36,007 nt of DNA from a bacterium (lineage in GTDB: Bacteria > SAR324 > NAC60-12). Shown piece after piece: positions 18,851 through 26,018 of this stretch; the stretch's first letter is position 1, and every line of letters begins with the position of its first letter. Under the pieces are notes generated by a model. It did no database searches. It was not told where the DNA came from and saw only the letters and a program-made list of their open reading frames with translations. The translations under genes and the position numbers were made by a program. The stretch lies in NCBI GenBank assembly GCA_965233585.1, contig CBDDTI010000109.1, forward strand, positions 1-36,007. The letters are read 5' to 3'.

Positions 18851-19214
18851 ACAAATCTCCTTTTGAATTTAATTGATTTGAACTTAATCCACCACTAGGA
18901 CTAACTTCTCTATAATTAGCAATTCCATCTGCGCCAACAGAACAGGCTTTTTCTTTTGCTTCTTTCATGGCTTCTTCTACTGGTTTATTACTACAACCAC
19001 AGAAAATCCCTGCTTGCAACTGCTGAAAAATAGTCACCTCCCCTATTTTTTTCTGTCCCTCTTGCAGAGGTTCACGCGAAATGGGAATGTCACAGGTTTT
19101 AGGCTTTGGTTGGTAGTTTTCATCAGTCATCTGGCTGTACAGAGCTGGCTGGGAACACCCCGCCATCAGGGCGGTTGCACAAGTGGCAGTGATGATTGAT
19201 TTGATTGTTTTCAT
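18834..19214 (-). CDS. Small lipoprotein next to virB5 (candidate entry/surface exclusion protein)
   Basis: Lipobox MAGC; KIGEVT...KEKACSVGADGI resembles the YbjQ/RcsF-like fold. The exclusion role is inferred only from position. Confidence 0.7.
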   Translation of the reverse strand: MKTIKSIITATCATALMAGCSQPALYSQMTDENYQPKPKTCDIPISREPLQEGQKKIGEVTIFQQLQAGIFCGCSNKPVEEAMKEAKEKACSVGADGIANYREVSPSGGLSSNQLNSKGDLYVNEN

Positions 19215-19269
19215 AAAATTCCCTTGTAAAAAAAATAATTAAAAAAAGTAAAGAGTTATTTCTTATTAT

Positions 19270-19802
19270 ATCTACAACAGTAGAAATTAAATAAGTCTAT
19301 TAGACCTCTTGCAGAGGTTCACGGGAGACGGATCTACAACAGTAGAAATTAAATAAGTCTATTAGACAGCAAAATATAGAGTAAATGTCTGGTATCTACA
19401 ACAGTAGAAATTAAATAAGTCTATTAGACCAGCTCTTTATTCTAAGATGACAGATATCTACAACAGTAGAAATTAAATAAGTCTATTAGACCATTCCACA
19501 TGTTCTCTGTTTTCTGAATCTACAACAGTAGAAATTAAATAAGTCTATTAGACGAGTTGCTTAATCTCTCCCATGACACATCTACAACAGTAGAAATTAA
19601 ATAAGTCTATTAGACAATTTTACGGCTAAGCCTCTTGGCTGATCTACAACAGTAGAAATTAAATAAGTCTATTAGACACATGTTTTCAGTTTTCTGATAC
19701 GCATATCTACAACAGTAGAAATTAAATAAGTCTATTAGACTGACATTCCTGTCTCTCGTGAACCCTATCTACAACAGTAGAAATTAAATAAGTCTATTAG
19801 AC
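19270..19802 (-). CRISPR. Type V-A (Cas12a-type) CRISPR array 1: 9 repeats, 8 spacers of 26-27 nt
   Basis: Identical 36-bp repeats, minus strand GTCTAATAGACTTATTTAATTTCTACTGTTGTAGAT, at 19270, 19332, 19394, 19456, 19518, 19580, 19642, 19705 and 19767. The 3' 19 nt is the canonical Cas12a handle. Confidence 0.98.
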
Positions 19803-19945
19803 CGATAACACGCTTGCAACCCGCACATCTTGGTCAAAAAACAAAATCAAAAGTGTAAATTTTGAGCAATTTCTGCCATTAAGACTCAGGTTTGCAATTT
19901 TTTAAGAAAGAAACGATCCATCAGCGGTATAGCTTCATCCTCATC
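19803..19945 (-). promoter_or_regulatory. CRISPR leader-containing segment, copy 1 (143 bp)
   Basis: Identical to 20294-20436; lies 5' of the array in the crRNA orientation. Confidence 0.8.
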
Positions 19946-20293
19946 ATCTACAACAGTAGAAGTTAAATAAGTCTATTAGACATTATCATCAGTAGTGGGT
20001 CTATACTTCGATCTACAACAGTAGAAATTAAATAAGTCTATTAGACCCAGTACCAGAAGATGACCCTTGAGATCTACAACAGTAGAAATTAAATAAGTCT
20101 ATTAGACGAAAGAAATGATCAAGCTATCCAGTGATCTACAACAGTAGAAATTAAATAAGTCTATTAGACATTAAAGCGTTTTATGTTAGATTCATATCTA
20201 CAACAGTAGAAATTAAATAAGTCTATTAGACGATTTTGATTTTCATAATTTTCCTTGATCTACAACAGTAGAAATTAAATAAGTCTATTAGAC
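19946..20293 (-). CRISPR. Type V-A CRISPR array 2: 6 repeats, 5 spacers of 25-29 nt
   Basis: Repeats at 19946 (one A>G change), 20011, 20072, 20134, 20196 and 20258. Confidence 0.97.
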
Positions 20294-20461
20294 CGATAAC
20301 ACGCTTGCAACCCGCACATCTTGGTCAAAAAACAAAATCAAAAGTGTAAATTTTGAGCAATTTCTGCCATTAAGACTCAGGTTTGCAATTTTTTAAGAAA
20401 GAAACGATCCATCAGCGGTATAGCTTCATCCTCATCATCTACAACAGTAGAAGTTAAATAA
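20294..20461 (-). promoter_or_regulatory. Leader copy 2 plus truncated 25-bp variant repeat (20437-20461)
   Basis: Exact duplicate of 19803-19970; ATCTACAACAGTAGAAGTTAAATAA, then similarity stops. Confidence 0.85.
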
Positions 20462-20500
20462 AAATTTTGTTTCATTTCATAGGCAATTTTTGGTCAGAGG

Positions 20501-21478
20501 TTAAAGGTTTTGAATTTGTTGTTTGGGTAGTCCAGTGGCAATGCTGATGGTATCAATGTCTAATCCTTGAGCCAGCATCTTTTTGGCAATTTCAATAGCT
20601 TTTTGTTGTTCTCCTTCTTGCCGTCCTTTTTCTATGCCTTTTTCCATTCCTTTTTCCATTCCTTGCTGGAGACCTTCTTCTTTGCCTTCTTGCCGTCCTT
20701 TTTCCATTCCTTTTTCCATTCCTTTCTCCATTCCTTTTTGAAGACCTTTTTGGAATCCCTGTTTAAGTTGGAGTTGTTCAGCACCTTTGATGATGGCAAC
20801 AAACTCCTGCCTTTTGTAGATGACTTCTAGTTCTTCAGGAGACAGCCCTGCTTGATTGACCAGATGTAAGGCTTCTTGAATGGTTGGATTAAAAGTTTGG
20901 GGAATCTCTTGTAAGCCTTCAGCGTGCTTGATGCAATAAATCCACTCTTCTTGCAACTCTTTGAGTTCATCTAAAGACTTTTGAAACTTGGGGAGTTCTA
21001 CAAAGATCAATTCAATGTCATCAGAATACGGGCTTAAGTTCTTCTTCTCTAACAATTTGAAAACATTGATGATTTGGTCATTGTTTTCAAACATGATGAA
21101 GTCAAGGATATTGAGAGCAATGACAGGATTCAGCAGATGAAACTCCTGCCCTTTCTCTAGTTGCATAGAGTAGTTTTTACAAGCATTGTAAAGGATTCTT
21201 TTCTCAAAACCTTCATGGTTGATGACCTGCATCTCAATCAGGACTTGCTGACCTGTGTCTAGTTTCGCTTTGACATCAACAAAGGTGATTTTCATACCTT
21301 CTAGCAAAGGCGGGTTGTAAGGGTCTTGAATGGTCAGGTCTTGAATTTTCTGCTGATGAGGAAACTCAATGAGCGAGTTAAGAAAGCTGATGAGTAGCTT
21401 CTTATTCTTCTCATCTCCAAACAGCATCTTAAAAGCATAGTCTGTTTTAAGGTCTAAAAACTTCATCATTTTTGGCAA
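20501..21478 (-). CDS. Rpn family PD-(D/E)XK nuclease (PDDEXK_2)
   Basis: DLKTDYAFKMLFG, VDVKA, IEMQ, FVELPKF; C-terminal (EKGM)n repeats and IAKKML..GL..DTISIATGL. Confidence 0.92.
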   Translation of the reverse strand: MPKMMKFLDLKTDYAFKMLFGDEKNKKLLISFLNSLIEFPHQQKIQDLTIQDPYNPPLLEGMKITFVDVKAKLDTGQQVLIEMQVINHEGFEKRILYNACKNYSMQLEKGQEFHLLNPVIALNILDFIMFENNDQIINVFKLLEKKNLSPYSDDIELIFVELPKFQKSLDELKELQEEWIYCIKHAEGLQEIPQTFNPTIQEALHLVNQAGLSPEELEVIYKRQEFVAIIKGAEQLQLKQGFQKGLQKGMEKGMEKGMEKGRQEGKEEGLQQGMEKGMEKGIEKGRQEGEQQKAIEIAKKMLAQGLDIDTISIATGLPKQQIQNL

Positions 21479-21489
21479 GGGTTAGAGGT

Positions 21490-21588
21490 TTATTTTTGCT
21501 CTCTACGGTTTAAAACTTGTTTGACAGCAATGTACGAGGCAACTACGCCAATCAGAGTCAACAAGATGGTTGTTAAAGTGATGATCAT
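21490..21588 (-). CDS. Small single-TM protein B, cassette copy 5 (32 aa)
   Basis: MIITLTTILLTLIGVVASYIAVKQVLNRREQK; ATGA overlap with A. Confidence 0.65.
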   Translation of the reverse strand: MIITLTTILLTLIGVVASYIAVKQVLNRREQK

Positions 21589-21773
21589 TTTTTGTCCTCA
21601 CAAATAACAATGATGAGATAAGCAGTGGCACAACTTGAATAAAGAATGAGACCACCACTGAAAATAACCCAGCTTTCAAAAAGATACTTTGTTTTTTCGC
21701 TGCCAATATAATTGACAGCAGAAGCAATAGCACCCCCAGCCATTCCAATTTGCAGAAGTAAAAAGTTTTTCAT
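21585..21773 (-). CDS. Small membrane protein A, cassette copy 5
   Basis: MKNFLLLQIGMAGGAIASAVNYIGSEKTKYLFESW...ICEDKK. Confidence 0.75.
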   Translation of the reverse strand: MKNFLLLQIGMAGGAIASAVNYIGSEKTKYLFESWVIFSGGLILYSSCATAYLIIVICEDKK

Positions 21774-21808
21774 AGGCAATTTTTGAAAAGATTGTAAAGG
21801 CTCATTAT

Positions 21809-22087
21809 TTAGTAAGGGATAGAATCTGTCAAGACTTTAGGAGCCAGAGAGAGTCGTTTAAAAGACATAAGAAACTCAAGCAAGATGTCCGAGAAGTTTG
21901 GGTCAACATACTTGGCAAGCAAGTGTCCAAGTCCTAAAGTCAGGGCATAAGCCAGCAATCCAACGAGTAACATGTCCATGTTATAGGGGATCAAATAAGC
22001 AGGAGCAGAAATAAGAAACCAAGAGCGAGGGACTCCAAAGATGAGTTGAGGACGCAACAGGGTTCGGTACACTTTGGAATAAATCAT
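21809..22087 (-). CDS. virB3: VirB3-like protein
   Basis: VYRTLLRPQLIFGVP motif, two TMs, DPNF; the start at 22087 overlaps the upstream stop (ATGA). Confidence 0.8.
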   Translation of the reverse strand: MIYSKVYRTLLRPQLIFGVPRSWFLISAPAYLIPYNMDMLLVGLLAYALTLGLGHLLAKYVDPNFSDILLEFLMSFKRLSLAPKVLTDSIPY

Positions 22088-22848
22088 AAGAAAAACCAAA
22101 AATAAATGAGAGAGCCAACTAACAACAGCAGTCCAAGCCCTTGCTGAATAAGCGTTTTGTTTTGCCAAAAAGGGACATTGACACTGACAGCAGGTTTTTG
22201 TTGAGCGATCAAGTCATCAGCACTCAAATCCAAAGGCTCACTGGAAGTGGGACCTACGTTAGAGTCTTTGTGAGGGGTCAGCTGTGCCTTAATATCCTTC
22301 AAGAGTTGAATGATGACTTGATTGGGGTCATCAGGTTGTGTGCGTTGTCCAATGGTCTGGAGCATGTTTTTGTTGATGTTGACAATTTTCAAAGTTTCTT
22401 TGGTGTCATTAGCCATTTGGGACACGGACAAAGAAAACTGCTGATAACTCTCTAACACTGCTCTGACATATTCAGGATTGGAGTCAGACTGAGCCAATTC
22501 CTGAAAAGTCTGGTTGTCAGCATTGAGCTTGCTTTGGAGTTCAGCGATGTGTTCCTCTAAATAATTCAAACGAGGCTCAATGAATGACTTAAAAGTTTGG
22601 TCTAATGCTTCAAGAATCTGTGAACCAACTAAGTTGGTCAAGTCAGGAGTTTGAAGATTTGAGTTTTGAGAGTCTTCAAGGTCTAGCTGGTCAATCTCAT
22701 CAGACTGTGAGTATTCAGCTGTGGAAGCATCTGACATTTCAGCAAGCACCTCCTCAGTTGGATTCTTGCCTTTCTTAGACTTCTTCGCCTTCCCTTTGGC
22801 AAGAGAAAGTTCTTTTTCAATTTGGTCTTGGTCTTCTTCTTGATTCAT
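22084..22848 (-). CDS. Hypothetical coiled-coil protein with C-terminal TM anchor
   Basis: 254 aa, translationally coupled between virB4 and virB3. Confidence 0.7.
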   Translation of the reverse strand: MNQEEDQDQIEKELSLAKGKAKKSKKGKNPTEEVLAEMSDASTAEYSQSDEIDQLDLEDSQNSNLQTPDLTNLVGSQILEALDQTFKSFIEPRLNYLEEHIAELQSKLNADNQTFQELAQSDSNPEYVRAVLESYQQFSLSVSQMANDTKETLKIVNINKNMLQTIGQRTQPDDPNQVIIQLLKDIKAQLTPHKDSNVGPTSSEPLDLSADDLIAQQKPAVSVNVPFWQNKTLIQQGLGLLLLVGSLIYFWFFL

Positions 22849-25142
22849 ACCACTGCCCGTAAATACTCTTGCATGAGTTCTTGAGGAGAAAGGTTTTGTT
22901 TTTGGAGTGTTTCAATGGCTCTGACGTGAGTTTGAGAGGAATTGAAAACGTGTAGATATTGTTTTAAAAAAGCTAAGTTAACTTGGACAATGTCAGTAGA
23001 ACCGCCCGCTGTTTTGACCATGACGGCTCTGGTTTTAGGGTCTGTGTTTTTCAGCCAAGCCAGTTCGTCTTGATTGAGTCCAATGCCGTCTAAGTAGGCA
23101 TCAGGATTCAATCCCTCACGAGAAGGAAACAGAATAAACTTGGCAAAGTTAGCAAGATTTTGTTTTCCGATGGGGTGCAAATAGAGATGATCTAAAGACT
23201 GCACGGCTGCGACAAAAACACCATTGAGTTTTCGCAACTCCTGCAACATTCTGGCAGCGATTTTAGCAAAGACCTCAGATTCTAAATATCTGCGAAACTC
23301 ATCAACAAAAATGAGGCGAGGAGTGCCATCGCAAGACTTAAAGAACCGATGCGAGAGATAAGACGCAAACAGCCCCAGCTCCTCAGGTCTCTCTAAGAGA
23401 TGCGTGAAATCAAAACACAACCAGTCAGCCTCAAGAGGCACTGGCTGTCCAGAAAACAAACCTGACTTTGTGCCAGTAGAGCCGTATTGTTTCAGTTTCT
23501 CATACAACGGCTCTCCTTTTTGAGCAATGGTGTGAAGGAGCTGATCCACGGTGCGACTGGACAAGTCCCAATCCAGAATCTGCGATGCCCCTGCAATGAT
23601 TTTGAGCTTGTCTTGCTCACTTTGCACCTGTGCCATGTCACACAAGAAATCAATCAAGAATCCTGAATCCTCTTTGTCCAAATCAAACGGATTGAGCGAC
23701 AAGCCTCCTTGCTCAAAGTTTAAATACTTGCCACCAAGTAACAATGTAGAAACTTTGAGACCTTGCAGTTGGTCAAAAGCGAGCATCTTCATTCCTTTGT
23801 ACTTAGTGGCTTGTGCCAGTAAAAAACTAATCAAAGTGGTCTTACCTGACCCTGACGAGCCAACGACTAAAGTATGCCCTAAGGCACTTTGTGAAGAATC
23901 TTTGTGAAAGCAAAAGTTGTAGATAGACCCTGACGCACTAGAGAAGTGAGTCAACGGCTCACTTCCCCACGAACAAGACGTCAATCCCTCTTGAGAAGAA
24001 GGAAACGCGACAAAGCAACTGGCATTTTGTGATGTGATTTTTGTGTTTCGTTTGTTTGCCTTGCGTTTGGGTGGAAACTGCGAATAAAACAAAGATTCTT
24101 TGAGCAAGGTGTCATTACCCAGCAAATAGCCGTTCTGGTCTAAGAATTTTCTAATTTTCAAGCAATCCTGCTTGTTCTGACTTTCGGAGTGAGAAATGAC
24201 TTGAATCGTGAAGTAATGTTGAATGAGCTGAATCAAGTCAGCCTGCAAGTTGTTTTGAAGCTCATAGTATTCTTGCAACACAAAGTCTGCATACTTGACG
24301 AATTGATGAGTGAACCGAATCTTGTCAGCCACGAACGCTAAGGCTTTCTCTTTCTCCATGTAGTCAAAATGATGAGCCACCATCATCTCCACAGGTAGCT
24401 CAAGCAATCGGTCAAAGACAGGTTGTGCGGCATAGTCTCCATAGTTGCGAATCGTCATAAAAGACGACACCCGATTGGTGTTGAGATAGTGCAAATAAGG
24501 GTCAAAGCGAGACATCTTGATTGGCGTGTTGAGAATCCACTCATCCAAAAGTTGCTTGTTGAATTGCAAAGGGTTTTCAAAACACTCTGCATTGATGAGC
24601 GTGGCTAGAAACTGCAACAACACAGAACCTTTGAGCCTGATACAACCAAAGTCTTCAAATGCTGACAAGAAATAAGTTGCCACTTGCTCCAGACGTTCCA
24701 CATCGGATGCAATGTTCCGCAACTTCTTGATGGGATTGGTCTTGCTAGTGAGCATGAGATAATGCTGTGTTTCATAAACCGATTGAAACGACCCTGCCCA
24801 AGATTGAGCGATGGTTTGGACGTTGACATTGTTAAATTCACTGACTTTCAGATCACTCTGTTTCTGAAAGCGAGTGTGAAAGATAGAGATGACAAGGTCA
24901 TCATTATTAGCAAAGGTAGAGTTTCTGACTTGATACAACATCTGTTTTCTGCTTTCGGGAATGGCATTGTAATCCACCCCTGCAAGACTCATCACACAAG
25001 ACACAGTCTCATCTTTGTTCAAAATCAAGGCATCAGAGAACAAGCACAACATCGGCAGTTGCGGACTTTCTAACCCTTGCCAATTCTTGAAAGGATTCAA
25101 CCACTGACTTTCGGAAAACTCTTTTTTCAAAAACTCCAGCAT
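22845..25142 (-). CDS. virB4: VirB4 ATPase
   Basis: GHTLVVGSSGSGKTTL Walker A, IFVDEF Walker B, LRKLNG, 765 aa. Confidence 0.95.
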   Translation of the reverse strand: MLEFLKKEFSESQWLNPFKNWQGLESPQLPMLCLFSDALILNKDETVSCVMSLAGVDYNAIPESRKQMLYQVRNSTFANNDDLVISIFHTRFQKQSDLKVSEFNNVNVQTIAQSWAGSFQSVYETQHYLMLTSKTNPIKKLRNIASDVERLEQVATYFLSAFEDFGCIRLKGSVLLQFLATLINAECFENPLQFNKQLLDEWILNTPIKMSRFDPYLHYLNTNRVSSFMTIRNYGDYAAQPVFDRLLELPVEMMVAHHFDYMEKEKALAFVADKIRFTHQFVKYADFVLQEYYELQNNLQADLIQLIQHYFTIQVISHSESQNKQDCLKIRKFLDQNGYLLGNDTLLKESLFYSQFPPKRKANKRNTKITSQNASCFVAFPSSQEGLTSCSWGSEPLTHFSSASGSIYNFCFHKDSSQSALGHTLVVGSSGSGKTTLISFLLAQATKYKGMKMLAFDQLQGLKVSTLLLGGKYLNFEQGGLSLNPFDLDKEDSGFLIDFLCDMAQVQSEQDKLKIIAGASQILDWDLSSRTVDQLLHTIAQKGEPLYEKLKQYGSTGTKSGLFSGQPVPLEADWLCFDFTHLLERPEELGLFASYLSHRFFKSCDGTPRLIFVDEFRRYLESEVFAKIAARMLQELRKLNGVFVAAVQSLDHLYLHPIGKQNLANFAKFILFPSREGLNPDAYLDGIGLNQDELAWLKNTDPKTRAVMVKTAGGSTDIVQVNLAFLKQYLHVFNSSQTHVRAIETLQKQNLSPQELMQEYLRAVV

Positions 25143-25178
25143 TTTGTCTTTTAAATAGAAGTTTGTTAGGCTGTCTGA

Positions 25179-25369
25179 ATGGCATCATTGAATAAAATTT
25201 TTACCACTTACTTTGTTTTTAGTTTGATTGGCTTTGGCTACTTAATGGGTTACTTGATAGAAGGTCAAACCTTTCAAAAGATAGATGTTCAAATTATTTT
25301 CATTATTTGGTCTCATTTTATGAGTGCAATAGGAATGTTCCTTACAGAAAAATTTGGCAAAACAAAAAC
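25179..25369 (+). pseudogene. Orphan small membrane protein A-like sequence that runs on into the virB2 antisense strand
   Basis: LIGFGYLMGYLIE resembles IAGIGYLMSLVIE of copy 1; no stop before virB2. Confidence 0.4.
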
Positions 25370-25678
25370 CTATTCAGTAAAAAGCCAGTCTGAAAGGTTT
25401 GGAGCAAACATGACAAGGAATGCTCCTGCTAAGACAGTGATGGCAAAGCCTTTGTTGATTCTTCCAGAGAACCAGCCAAAGCCAACAATGACAATGACGA
25501 TGGTGGTGAGAGTTTTGGCAAATCCTCCCCTGAGTGCTTTGGTGATGACTGATAGTTTCTTCTCAATTTTGGTGAGAAAAGGGAGTTCACCCCCTTGAGC
25601 CAGTGCGTCAATGCCTCCCCCAAAGTTGAGACTTCCAAACAAGAATCCAATCAACAGTAGTTTTTTAATGGTTTTCAT
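25370..25678 (-). CDS. virB2: VirB2/TrbC pilin
   Basis: Signal peptide (..DALAQ), two hydrophobic helices, upstream of virB4; start assigned to MKTIKK. Confidence 0.85.
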   Translation of the reverse strand: MKTIKKLLLIGFLFGSLNFGGGIDALAQGGELPFLTKIEKKLSVITKALRGGFAKTLTTIVIVIVGFGWFSGRINKGFAITVLAGAFLVMFAPNLSDWLFTE

Positions 25679-26018
25679 AAGTTTTTCCATAGATAGATAA
25701 GAGTTGACAAGCAATGGCTTCAATGGCTTGTCGGTTAGAAATTTTTCGTTCAGTGAGGGACTGCATGAGGTGTTTAAGTTGCTCAATCACTTGAAGTCCT
25801 TCATCAGACAATTTTAAATAAATGACAGTGGTCAGGTCTTGTTCTGCTTTGTTTTGCAAATGGGATTGAAGCAAGTCCTGCCTCTGTAACATGAGTCTGG
25901 CAGTGCTGATAATCAGGTCTTGATGAGCCAAGAGACTCTGTTTATATTTCTTTTGAATCCTGAACTGTTTTTTGTTGGTTGATGGCATAGTTGAATTTTT
26001 TGAGTTTAGTCGGGTCAT
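25665..26018 (-). CDS. Hypothetical protein
   Basis: 117-aa ORF filling the gap between relaxase and virB2; start uncertain. Confidence 0.5.
   Translation of the reverse strand: MTRLNSKNSTMPSTNKKQFRIQKKYKQSLLAHQDLIISTARLMLQRQDLLQSHLQNKAEQDLTTVIYLKLSDEGLQVIEQLKHLMQSLTERKISNRQAIEAIACQLLSIYGKTYENH

Noticed and set aside
19368..19393. Spacer 2 self match (TRHLLYIL vs VKHGLYLL in 35302-35493)
   Set aside because: Similarity is too low to separate from chance.
20108..20133. Spacer 11 match to about 31078 (AAAGAAATGAT)
   Set aside because: Only about 11 nt in A-rich sequence.
20600..20765. 12-bp repeats as a second CRISPR or VNTR element
   Set aside because: They are the coding (EKGM/EKGR) repeats usual in Rpn C-termini.
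20501..21478. Nuclease beside the array as Cas4
   Set aside because: It lacks the four-Cys Fe-S pattern and has the typical Rpn N- and C-terminal motifs.
21503..21748. 81-aa ORF
   Set aside because: It is an alternate frame across the A/B micro-cassette, whose frames are supported by paralogy.
25370..25598. C-terminal half of the 139-aa plus-strand ORF
   Set aside because: It is the antisense shadow of virB2.
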